Below are positions 37,085 to 48,100 of a stretch of 64,000 nt of DNA, piece after piece. A model generated the notes under the pieces. The model was not told the origin of the DNA and made no database searches. It saw nothing but the letters and a program-made list of their open reading frames with translations. The stretch lies in NCBI GenBank assembly GCA_017654855.1, contig CM030334.1, positions 1,984,001 to 2,048,000 of the forward strand, given 5' to 3'. The position numbers and the translations under genes are program-made. Position 1 is the first letter of the stretch, and every line of letters begins with the position of its first letter. The DNA comes from Podospora anserina. Taxonomy: Eukaryota.

Positions 37085-38962
37085 ATGGCTTCATTACCAC
37101 CATACCAGTACCAACCGCTCGACCTCGATGCCGACTCGATCCGTCTCGTCCGACTATGCAAAGGATTGTCCAATGAGCAGATCCACTGCGAGCTTCTCGA
37201 GACCTACGTCCACGCCTCCAAAGGCGTCCCATACGAAGCACTCTCGTACACATGGGGAACCATAGATCGAGAGGAATCCATCATTATTGGCCGCAATTCA
37301 ACCTTGCAGGTGACGGAGAACCTGTATAGCGCCCTCGTGAACCTCAGACACCCACATACTGATAGGTTATTGTGGATTGATGCGATATGCATCGATCAAA
37401 ACAATGACAAGGAACGGGGCCACCAGGTTGGTCAAATGAGGAGAATCTATCAGAATGCCGAGGAGGTCCTTGTGTGGCTGGGTCCCGGAAGAACTGCTGA
37501 AGCACAGTTGGCCATGAAGTTCCTGGAAGATGTCAATGAACAGGTTTCGGCAACTGACCAACTGTGGAGCTGGAAACTTCGTCGAGAAAATTGGAGGTCA
37601 GAATTGAATTGGCGGAAAAGGAAGTTTTTGGAGCGGCTTCCAGACACGGCATTGGCAGAGTACCGGGGAGCTTTGGAAGGCCTGCTTGCGAGTCCTTGGT
37701 TTAGACGCGTCTGGATCATTCAGGAGGTTGCCTGCTCAAAGAAGGCCAGAATTATGTGTGGCCGAAAGAGCATACCATCGAGGACGTTTGCTATTGCGCC
37801 AGAGTTTCTCGATTCCGCGGTTGATGATCATGTGCAGGCAATCCTTGATGTAATGCCGGGCTTCCGAAGATCTGAATCGTGGTGGAGTCACACTCGGACT
37901 CTGGGAATTCTCTTAAGGAAATTCAGAGACAGTCAGGCGACTGACATTCGAGACAAGGTCTTTGCGCTACTTGGTATGGCGCCGGATGCAGAAGCCGAGA
38001 TCACGCCAGACTATGAAACGGATACCCGGCAGATTGTCCAAAAAACAGCCTCCTTTCTTGTATTCGGGAAGGTTGTTGATAAGAAAACATACGAGTTTCC
38101 GTTGTGGTCATTGCGTGAGCTGCCTGAGAAGACGGATGAGATGGTCGAAGAAGCGCTTCACAGAATGATGAGCGGAGGAGGGATCTTATCAACCGATGTC
38201 TGGATACATGTTCCCGTCAGCCTTGATCCTGCCGACTTGCTAGACGGTTGGAATACTCGTGGCGAGTATGGCCAGTATAGCACGGGCTTTGTGCGATGGA
38301 ACGATCAGCGAATCCTAATGAAGCTTGCGAGATTCGTTTTTCGAGAGGCATTAGACACTCTCGCTTTGCTAGGGCCCGAACCTAACCTTGGCCAAACAGC
38401 GTCTCGACCGTCAGTGTCACTAGCTGTATGCCTGGCAGCCCAGTATCAGCAATGGAAGGTTGTGAAGTTGCTGATCGGGTATCCGACAGCTGTTCGAAAG
38501 TCGGATATGGACAGCCTTGAATCGCCGGGGCTGACAAGAGCTATCTGGATGGCTGCTTGGAAGCGTCACTTGAAGATGATACGCCTGATCAAATATGGCG
38601 TGGACCTCGATGCAAAGTGGGAACATGGAGATTTGGAGCGAGCAGATGCAATTGATCTTTTCAATGCCCTTGTTGTGGTCGACGGCGCCTCTGATTCAGC
38701 TCTGCCCGAGTTTGACGACTCTGGAACCAATCTGATTGGTTGGTGGCATATCTATGTTCGAGAGGTCAAGATTATGGAATTGCTGGCAGCCCGTGGTGTC
38801 CCGTTGGACCAAATTTGGGCGTTTCCGAATCGCAAGAACTGGGTTAGTAATGCGCCCAGAATTGTCGAAACGTTTATCATGCATGGTATGGAAATTGGAC
38901 CCGTGTGCAAAGCTCTTTGCAAAGCTTCGGGTGTTGGGGTGGTAGACGGCTATGAGGATTGA
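37085..38962 (+). CDS. HET-domain protein with degenerate ankyrin-like C-terminus (intact)
   Basis: YEALSYTWG, LWIDAICIDQNNDKERGHQVGQMRRIYQNA, WFRRVWIIQE, ATDIRDKVFALLG; C-terminal LAAQYQQWKVVKLLI and MAAWKRHLKMIRLIKYGVDLD. Start may be 36989. Confidence 0.92.
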   Translation: MASLPPYQYQPLDLDADSIRLVRLCKGLSNEQIHCELLETYVHASKGVPYEALSYTWGTIDREESIIIGRNSTLQVTENLYSALVNLRHPHTDRLLWIDAICIDQNNDKERGHQVGQMRRIYQNAEEVLVWLGPGRTAEAQLAMKFLEDVNEQVSATDQLWSWKLRRENWRSELNWRKRKFLERLPDTALAEYRGALEGLLASPWFRRVWIIQEVACSKKARIMCGRKSIPSRTFAIAPEFLDSAVDDHVQAILDVMPGFRRSESWWSHTRTLGILLRKFRDSQATDIRDKVFALLGMAPDAEAEITPDYETDTRQIVQKTASFLVFGKVVDKKTYEFPLWSLRELPEKTDEMVEEALHRMMSGGGILSTDVWIHVPVSLDPADLLDGWNTRGEYGQYSTGFVRWNDQRILMKLARFVFREALDTLALLGPEPNLGQTASRPSVSLAVCLAAQYQQWKVVKLLIGYPTAVRKSDMDSLESPGLTRAIWMAAWKRHLKMIRLIKYGVDLDAKWEHGDLERADAIDLFNALVVVDGASDSALPEFDDSGTNLIGWWHIYVREVKIMELLAARGVPLDQIWAFPNRKNWVSNAPRIVETFIMHGMEIGPVCKALCKASGVGVVDGYED

Positions 38963-39552
38963 GAGAACTTCATGATATCCAAGTTTAAAATATCCTTTGA
39001 CACATTCTGCCAGGCCGCCCAACCATCTTCTCCGAGATCCTCCCCGATCTCATTGCCTTGGATCTTGAACACAAACGCATCTCCAGCAAAGCACCGAGTC
39101 CTTCCGAAAATGGCCTCGGGAAACCTCTCATTCTTGGGCAGATTGTCGAGATCGAAGGAGTAGAACAAGATGTAGAGTCCGTTGCAGCTTGCCAAAGGTT
39201 GGTTCTCTAGACGGAATGTCTCAATGTCTCGCCATTGCCACCCTTGTTCTGTCTTCCAGTATGGGCGGAGGTCTGGGATATGTCCCCAACAAGCATCGGG
39301 GCCGGTTTCAACACCGTGGGTAGTTGTCGTGATGGTCAAGAGGTGAGGCTCTATTGAAGGATCAGATGGAAAGCGGATGCCTCGGATCGTGACGAGGGTG
39401 GGAGGTGTTGGAGGGTCGTCGACATGAAGAGAGAATACAGAAGCGATGAAGCGTAAGGAATCGTTCAGGAAAGAAGCCATCACTCCGTCAAACTGAGCTG
39501 GAAGAATTCGTTGTTGTGCGGGGTCAGTGAACTCAGCAGTTGCACCTTCCAT
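38950..39552 (-). CDS. Hypothetical globular protein (about 176-200 aa)
   Basis: Open ATG ORF with globular composition (GIRFP, WGHIPDLRPYW, CNGLYILFYSF, FAGDAFVFK); 3' end overlaps the HET gene by 13 nt. Confidence 0.75.
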   Translation of the reverse strand: MEGATAEFTDPAQQRILPAQFDGVMASFLNDSLRFIASVFSLHVDDPPTPPTLVTIRGIRFPSDPSIEPHLLTITTTTHGVETGPDACWGHIPDLRPYWKTEQGWQWRDIETFRLENQPLASCNGLYILFYSFDLDNLPKNERFPEAIFGRTRCFAGDAFVFKIQGNEIGEDLGEDGWAAWQNVSKDILNLDIMKFSQSS

Positions 39553-40203
39553 GTGTCAATTTATTCCCGTGGGGTGGTGGGACAGAAGGTTGACAGCCAA
39601 TCCCAGGGCATCGATATCAATTAATGATCATTCTTTTGGCCTGGGTTTGTTGAAGCCCCTGTCTGCTCTATGATGCGTGATGTTGTGGCCTGGGCAGAGA
39701 TCAATGTATCAAGCAACCGAGCGTCAAGATTTGATATCATTCCACAGCCAACAACTATGGTCCCGATGCAATAGAATCAGATCGATTAAAACATCTATTA
39801 TCTATCCATTGTGCTGCGAATCACCGCTTTGTCCCAGTTCTTGGCATGGCTATGACGAGATTTACCCAAGAGTCCAGGCGCGTTTGATCTCCCGCCAAAG
39901 TGACACATTGAGCACTGACAAGGCTGCAGATAACTTCAAGATCGACAGGTTAAATCCTTTCTGGTGCACCACATGAAGCCGAAGCGAGCACCTCACCAGA
40001 ACACCGGGCACCATCTGCATTTGCTCTCGAGGCGGTGGAAACATCCGAGATGATGACGATCGAGGACAATGCCGACACCATATTACCCTGATCCTCTCCA
40101 AAACCGATACTCAAATTCCTTCTTTTTTCTTTTGCAATGCGGCTGGCCCCATACACCCATCTTTCAAGAGTCATGAGCCTACATTTTCTTCAACATAGCA
40201 AAG

Positions 40204-41655
40204 ATGTGGCACCTCTTCGCCTCCGGTTCGCTCAGCGGCTCCCTATTTTTCGCCCTCTTTTCCCTCGGCCCATTGGCTGAAGCAGCACAGTGCTATGGTA
40301 TAAACGGACAAAAGACGTCGGGGACACAGTGCAGTCGTGACGCTACAGGAACAGGTTCTTCTCACTCATCATGTTGTGATGAGAGCAGGCAAGAAGCCTG
40401 TCTCTCCAGTGGCCTCTGTTTCGCAACTCAGAGAGGGGACAATCACACGTTTTGGTCTCAAGGATGCACTGACCCAACGGGAATGGACCCGGCTTGTCCA
40501 TCTTACTGTGGGAGGTCGAGCCAGTACATCTCTATGCCGATACAGCCATCATATACGATGCTTCACTGCGGAAGCGGCGCCTGGTGTTGCTGTTACGACA
40601 ACCTCGGAATGGCATGTAATCAGGCGCAATGTTGTGCACGAAACTTTACCCTTTCTCGAGGATTAGGAACCGTAACGAGGCAGTTCGATAATAATGGCGA
40701 CAGTGTCAGTATCTCTAGTAACGGAGGAGCGAACCCCGAGAATACAGTAGACAACCCAATGCCCGGTTTACCTGCCAATATGCCCCCTTGGATGCGCCTC
40801 GTTCCCGTCATCGCAGCCGGTCTGCTTGCTTCACTTCTTCTGGCCAGCATCGTTGCACTTGGATTTTCTTGCACACAGAATAGAAGATTACGGCGCCAGG
40901 TTGAATCACTCCAAAATCTCAACACTAGTCTCACCACCGAAAAGCTACGAAGTTATAGCATATCCCGTTCCAGCCCAACTTCGTCGGCGAGGCCAAGTGT
41001 TTCTGCGCCATCAGCTCCGCCTCTATTGATTACAACAGCGGTAGCGAACGACGATCCGGTCAGCTCAGAGCCCAAGACTTCAGTTGAAGACTACCTTCCA
41101 CCGATATCCGCTCGGTCTCCATTGACAGCAAATACTCCCTCGAGGTCGCCACATGATGGCCCAAGCCGGACCGCAATGGAGAGGAGGCCATCATCAGCAT
41201 GGGTCCCTGAAAACAGCTACGCAAATGAAGAGCCAATCCGCACCCCGAGAACTCCGATCACTGCGGCGTATCACCATCACCTGTCAATGGTCAACCAAGC
41301 CCTAGGTCCATCGTCGGCGAGATCTATGTATGGGGTTGGGTCATCAGATCCTTTGCCCCAAACCCATCCACAGCACCACCATTATCAACATCCGCAAGAA
41401 GGTCAGTGGCATAGACCACCTGGACACCCTATCGCTATGCCATCACCAATCAGGCCCGCCGCTCACGAGGAGCAAAGACCGAGCTGGCCAATACGGGAGG
41501 GACAGAACGCGAGGTACACTACGTACACTCAGAGCGGGTATTTCCCGGACCAATCTGAATCATACAACAGCAGTACGCCGCCAGAGTATCAGTATGAAGT
41601 GGGGGGTAATTCGATTTCGGAACTGCCGGGGTCAGCAGAGAGAGGGAAACGTTGA
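40204..41655 (+). CDS. Type I membrane protein with Cys-rich ectodomain and Ser/Pro-rich tail
   Basis: Signal peptide; CY...CC...CLSSGLC...GCTDP...CPSYC...WCCC...CC ectodomain; one TM (LVPVIAAGLLASLLLASIVALGFSC); disordered tail with PPEY and ISELPG. Confidence 0.85.
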   Translation: MWHLFASGSLSGSLFFALFSLGPLAEAAQCYGINGQKTSGTQCSRDATGTGSSHSSCCDESRQEACLSSGLCFATQRGDNHTFWSQGCTDPTGMDPACPSYCGRSSQYISMPIQPSYTMLHCGSGAWCCCYDNLGMACNQAQCCARNFTLSRGLGTVTRQFDNNGDSVSISSNGGANPENTVDNPMPGLPANMPPWMRLVPVIAAGLLASLLLASIVALGFSCTQNRRLRRQVESLQNLNTSLTTEKLRSYSISRSSPTSSARPSVSAPSAPPLLITTAVANDDPVSSEPKTSVEDYLPPISARSPLTANTPSRSPHDGPSRTAMERRPSSAWVPENSYANEEPIRTPRTPITAAYHHHLSMVNQALGPSSARSMYGVGSSDPLPQTHPQHHHYQHPQEGQWHRPPGHPIAMPSPIRPAAHEEQRPSWPIREGQNARYTTYTQSGYFPDQSESYNSSTPPEYQYEVGGNSISELPGSAERGKR

Positions 41656-43307
41656 GATATAGTTTAAGACTAAAACACGGGGTTAGCTTTGAGTTACCTA
41701 AGCCATGTTTGTAATGCCATTTTGCGACTTTTTAGAGTCTGGCTAGTCACGGAAATGTAATTCATGATCCATTTCAACCAAGCTTGACTCTCGGTAGTCA
41801 GTGTAGTCAACACAAGCTTCTCACTAGTGGTAGTGCAAAACCCTCCTCGAACACACAACCCCAGCACCATAGTAACACAAAAACATTAACCCTAAACGCC
41901 GCAGGCAGCTCCCAACCGTTGTTGTACTCCCTCCAACGCTCGGCAACAGTTCTCATCTTGGTACCATCGTGGCTGAGCAAGCATGGATGCCTGTACGCCG
42001 CAAACACCGGGAAATTCCATGTGAAGTCAACACAAGCTTTTTTGATGAATCGAGGCGGTGCAAAGCCACGCCCGCCCGTTGAGCCAGGTTTGTGCGTGCT
42101 TGGCGGGTACTCGCATACAACAACAGCACCGTTTTCTCTACCGCAGGAAACCTTTCCAAAAGCACTTTGTGTATTGTATGTATGCCGGCCCTCGCCTAAC
42201 ACAACATCTTCTCGATATAGAAAAAAAAACTCTACTTCATATCCGAAACTTGCCGAACGAAACGGGTAGAGGGCTCGGGGAAGATGGGCTGGCTGTGAGC
42301 AGCAGATGTGTGTGTGCGTCGGCGGCACGGGTTGGTGTGATCCCGAGCATGATGGAACAATGAAGTCGAACCCAAAGAACGCGGTGCCACCACCAAATAC
42401 AGACCCTTCCACCGAAGAGGATGACGACGCCAGAAGACCACATCAGCGGGTGTGGAACTTCATTCCCGTTTTGCGTGTTTCCTAAACTCCGAGAAGCTTT
42501 GAACTTTCGGATATCTTATCAGTGCGGAAGGCATTACGCCCCACACGGGAGAGATCTAACGCACTAGATAGAAGCCGCCATGAAACAATGAACAAAGCTC
42601 GGTGGTGGCAACAAACGTGCTCCATGACATAATTGCAAGATAGGCGGATCGAAAAACAAAGGACAAGAAAAAGTCCGTGGAAAGGGTACTCCCGAGACCC
42701 ACAGACAACCTCATCTCAAGCTCCTTACCCTACGAGGATATGCTGGGCAACGTACCTATCCAAGACGGACCCCTAGCTTTGAAGCTTGTTTCCCTACGGG
42801 GATAGTTACCAGTTAGTCAACAGCACATTCAACATTCACAAATCATCGAAAGCACAATCAAAACATTATGGTAATAGTAGTCTGTATTGATGGCACCTTT
42901 TCATCGGCCCCGTGGTATCAAGAAAAAGAGACAACAAACTTTGCAAAAACAAAAAAAAAACCCATGAAAATCCCAAATTTGATCCCCCAAAAGCTCCCCC
43001 CCAAACCCCCAACCAGCTCTCTTTTCCAGAAACACTGAAAGGCGCTTGTAAGAAAACCTCCCGATCAAATTCCATTTCATTCCCTTCAGATTCATACCCC
43101 TCACCCATCCGCCCCATCAAAGACATTACATATGCGAGCCCAACATTCAAAAAAGACATCAAATGCCATCATGGACGCTCGCTAGATTTGCAAACGAACT
43201 CCTAAATCGCAAAAAAAGACTCAAAACTCCCATCTAACTGAACCCGTTTGATACCGGTAAAGTATGTACAAAACGGAAGAATAGACGGAATGTGCTGGGC
43301 TTTTTTT

Positions 43308-45114
43308 TTAGACGAAGACAGTATGCAAGACGCGCTTCCAGGCGGGCATCTGAGCAAGCCTCTCGCGGTACTCGTTGATCTCGTCCCAGGGGAGCTCGCG
43401 GCGGCCAGTGTCAACATCGATCTGGTCGGTGCGGAGCCAACCTGTTCGCTTCCAGACGAAACCACCGATCCAGAAGACGATGACGACGGGAAGGGCGAGG
43501 TAAGACTTGAAGAAGCCCTCGACATCGTTGAAGCCGCCGCCGACGGGGCAGATGGCGACGAAAAGCTGAGCGATCAAGACGAGGATGACGAGGATGAGGC
43601 CAAGGTAAGAGCCATAGACACCACCAGCGGCCTTGAAGGGAATCTCATCCAGAGTGTGACCCTGGCGAGCCCAAGCCTTGCGGAAGCGGATATGGGCCAA
43701 GCAGATGGAACCCCAGGTAAAGAGGGCGGCAAGACCAGACAAGGCGAGGAGCCAGTCGAAGACAACGACACCGGAAGTGCTCAGGTTGACATAGGCGAGG
43801 GGGCCGAAAGCGCAAACGAAGAGCACGGAGATGAGAGGGCGGCCGGAGCGGTCGATGTAGGAGAAGATCTTGGGGGCATAACCCTGCTGGGAAAGGGCAG
43901 TGAGGGTACGGGAACCACCATAGACGGAGGAAACACCGATGGAAAGGACGGAGACCAAGATAATGACGTTCATGAACGAATCATAGCCGTGAAGATTGGC
44001 ATCGAGACCGACCAGAACGAAGGGAGAAGCATCGACGTTGATGTACGGGTTGTCACCACCGAGGAGACGGTCGTCATCGTGGCGGACGAGGAGACCGATG
44101 AAGGTGAGACCCAGGATGTAGAAGAGGGTGATACGCCAGAACACCTGCTTGATGGCACCGGGAAGAGACCTGACGGGGTTGCGGGCCTCAGCAGCGGCAA
44201 GACCGACCAGCTCAGTTCCGGAGAAGGAGAAAGCAGCAGTGACGAAGACGGAGCAGAAGCCACGGAAGCCGTTGGCGAAAGCGCCAGGATCTTGCCAAAG
44301 CTTGCCACCAGAGTATTCGTCGTAAGCGCTGCCCTCGGGACCACCACCACAGACGAGGACGACGGCAATGATCATGAAGACGACAGTCGCTCCAAGCTTG
44401 AGAACCGAAGACCAGAACTCCTCCTCAGCGTATCCGAGAGTGCCGAAAACGTTGACGATGATGATGGCAAACATGAAGACGGTGATCCAGACAGCTGCAG
44501 AAAAGAAGCCATTGTCAGTATCCCGTTGTTTGATTGTTTTGGGTGCTTTGTGCATGGTTGCAGTGTCAAAACTTACCAACATTGATGTCTTTCGTCCAGT
44601 ATTGAATTGTGATACCGCAGACCGTGAGTTCAAGAGGCAAGACGATAGACCATTGCATGACGTAGTTCCAGCCCATGGCGAAACCCCAGGAAGGATCGAT
44701 GAAGCGAGTAGAGTACGTGTAGAAACCACCAGAGACAGGGAACATGACAGCAAGTTCGCCGAGAGCGTAGACCGTGTTGAACATCATAATACCAATGATG
44801 GAGAAATCGATGAGGAGGGTTGCGGGACCACCGGTAGCGAGGGCCTTTCCGGAACCGACGAAGAAACCAGCACCGATAGAACCACCGATGGCAATCATGT
44901 GCAGATGGCGGGCCTTCATGGTGCGGTCGAGAGAGTCGATGGAGGCGCCATCGCCACGTCTCTGGAAGGACTTGAGGTTGAGGCCATTGCGAGTCCAGAA
45001 GTCCTCTTGGTCGCGATGCTGGTTGATGGCATCACCACCGTGGGTGAACTGTGGGGGAGGAACCTCCTTCTCAGGAGTGACAGGGAGGGGTCCCTTCTCT
45101 TCTGAGGACGACAT
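43308..45114 (-). CDS. General amino-acid permease (YAT/APC family, GAP1/INDA1-like)
   Basis: RHLHMIAIGGSIGAGFFVGSG, GFAMGWNY, AAFSFSGTELVGLAAAE, AIKQVFWRI, IDVDTGRR; intron 44495-44576. Confidence 0.96.
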
Positions 45115-48100
45115 GTTGGTGAGTTGTGATGGTGATCAGTGTCGATGAGGAGAAAAGGAAAAAAGACGGCATGTGAGGGGGGGACAGAGGGGGTTTAATA
45201 AAGACAGAGGCCGAGTAAGAAAGAGAGAGGAGGAGTTTCGCGGCTGTCGCGTTACCCCAGGGTCGGGGTGTGGTCGCAGGGTGGACTGACTGGGGGGGGG
45301 AGCTCAAGGAGCAACCCAGGCAGACGGAATCTATCTTGACGATTGGGTTCCAGGAAGCACGGAAAGTGGCTAGAAGCTGCACAGAACGAGCCAAGAGGCA
45401 GAATACAGCCAATTGAGTGTCGATCGGGGTTTGCGGGGCCTTGATAGCAACCCTGGGAGCGGGTTTTATTACCATCTGAAAGTAGAAGGAGCCAAGCACC
45501 AGACCCAATAACCCCGATATACTGCGCGTCCGCGGTACCAACCCGCTACGAACGAGGTCACACTAGACTCGACTGCAGCGAGGTGCCATTCATCAGGCCA
45601 GACCGAGGACGAAGACGGATAGGCACAGGGATGGGGGGGGAACATGTTAACGGAGGCTGGCAGGCGACACGACATACATGATCCTTGGTACCATTAACCA
45701 TAACGGAGATGGGACGATCACTGCGAACAGGAGTTTAACCTCTACTGCTAGCTTTCCCCAGAACGGGAACTGGCAAGTTGAGAAAGCATGGAACTGGGAA
45801 CATGTCGTTCATGGAAGCCACAGCCAATGGCAGAGGGAACTAATGGCTAACATGGCGAGATTCCATTTGTCAAGCGAGCAACCTGGGCGACCTGGGACGA
45901 CGTTGCTGCGATGGCGCCAAGGCCAAGCGACAGATCTTCCCCGCCACTGCCGTTTTGCGATAGGGACCTCGGAGCGCCACTGATGCTTGATCTCTTGTGA
46001 CCATGCGCAACATGCCACACCTGCGCATGGCCCGCTCCTCGTTGAGGAATAGCTCATGGCTCTAGTAGTGACTGGTGACGTCGAGCAGAGGGGAACCAGG
46101 CCTCGGATCTACACCCTCGCCGTCGTCGTTTGTTGTTCTCGGCATCATCAGGCACCGCCGAACAAAGAAAGCCATTGACGACGGAAGCGAACTCGAGGGG
46201 ACGCAACAATGGACACCTTGCCCCCTTCTCCCCCAGTCGTGTCGCATGTCACACCCGCGGCAGCACTAGAGCACGCTGACGCCGATCAACTCAACGAAAC
46301 GGCATTGGCGTTTGGAGAGCGCGGAGAGGTTGGAAGAAAACGGCAGCTGGCTTCTCTCAGGCGTTGAGGCCAAGCCGGCGATATCCCGGTGCGGCTAGTC
46401 ATTGCCTGCGCGGTGGCGTTCCGGCAGCGTTGCTCTCTTATCTTGTCCGTCTGGGGAGCACGAAGCCGTCGAAACGGCCAGGTCTCCCAAAGCGATGCCA
46501 TCATTCGTCAGTTCATGCCCCCGATTTAGTGTGCTCCGTCTTGGCATTTCTTGCCAGCTTCCAGACCAGGCAAAGCTTGGCTACAACCCCTGCTCCTTGG
46601 CTTGGCGTCTAGCGGCTCTTGGCGGCGGTCCCCTGCCAACTACCTACCACCACCTCGCCAGCTCTCCCACCTCACCTGCTTCCGCCAGCGTGAGCAGCCA
46701 GCAACGAAGGATTTGGCCCTTATCACCGTTCGGGCAGGCCGTCGCATGTTGGTGGGCTCTTTCAATGCATGGTGAGCTCTCCCTCGTGATAAGATGGCCA
46801 CCACTGTGCTGGGAGAGAGTAAGCTCGTACAGCTCGCTAAGAAATAAGCTATCTACCGCCTCTATAGGTAGGACACACGATAACAGCACTACATCCCGTC
46901 GACACTACCGAGGGAATGGAATCGGCAAATACTCCTTCATATGTTTGGAGCTCTGCGCGAGTCGTAGCTCCGTTCTGTTCAGCCTTCCATATTGGCTGCC
47001 CTCCTCTACCGCTTGATATCCACTGGGTGAACAGAACGATAATCTGGCATTCTGGGTATCTGTGGGTGGGGGGCTCAACGGGCGACGGGGAACTTGTCGG
47101 TGGGGCAAACATGGATGGCGGGCGGGGAATCCTGCTGGACCACAGTCGCGATGCAAATGGTTCGCAAAACGGCAATAACGAGAAATGCCATGTAGCCCAT
47201 CGAGATGGTCGTCATCAGGAAGAAACACTCAATTCTGCCTTGAGTAACCCTATCGCAAGTGGCAAGAAACCCTCTCGATTCAAAGGACGAAAGGGAACTT
47301 TTGCATCAAAGCTGCAATTCGGTCGGTGAGGCCCGTCAGCGCATCCCAAACTTGCTGTTGGTCCGTCGGTGTTTCCTGGTTGCGCTATGAACTTCACATG
47401 TCAATATTGGATTTGTCGCCTGTCGCCCGTCGTAGTCGCATCGCATCGCAGGCGCACTCGGGACCAGCCGGTGTGTGATATGTATTGACTGGCTCCAGAC
47501 GAACACAGCATCGGATTTTGTGTCTGGAAGCGGGCAAGCTTCACAGCCTGAGACGGCGTCGCATGGTGAGCTGGCGCCACGCAACACACCTTCATCAAAA
47601 GCATGATCAGGCGCGTCAGGCACTGCGATGCAATGACAGAAGGAGACTTCCATCCTTCTAGAAGCTGGGTGTTCCCGCATACCAAGAGACTGGCACATTT
47701 CCCACCTTTCGATGTCTACAGTAGCCTCACACACTACCGATCTCTGGCGTGCTCGGGCTGCGGGAGGGGAGGCTGAAAGCACACTACACCCCAACCTGGG
47801 CACGCGACCACAAGCCGCAACAGGCCATCAGCAAAAAGGAAGTTCCAACGGTGCGCTCAGAGCGCTCGCCAGTCTTGGAAACAGGCTCGCGAGAGTGAAA
47901 CAGGAAGGAGAGCACTAACGACGTTTACTAGAGCATTCACCAACCGCTTTGCCTCTTTATCGACGCTCTTGAGCTTCCATATGTGACAAGTGCTCTACTA
48001 TCGAGACTGGCGCTATCACCAACCCTCACTACAGTGTACGCTATACTAGAATCCCCTCTAGGAATGTGATGGCATGTTTCTACCCAGTTTCACGTCTTCG

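Noticed and set aside
41887..41895. TAACCCTAA resembling a telomerase RNA template; also a telomere-like run near 57076
   Set aside because: A single 9-mer is expected by chance, and no pseudoknot or other TER elements were recognised.
41807..42412. 201-aa minus-strand ORF
   Set aside because: No family motif or coding-like composition; probably intergenic or UTR.
43248..45105. Long + strand ORFs (445 aa and 245 aa)
   Set aside because: Antisense shadows of the codon-biased permease; no independent motifs.
45071..45172. Out-of-frame upstream ATG overlapping the permease start
   Set aside because: It lies only about 25 nt from the TATA-like element, so it is probably upstream of the TSS; cannot be supported without transcript data.
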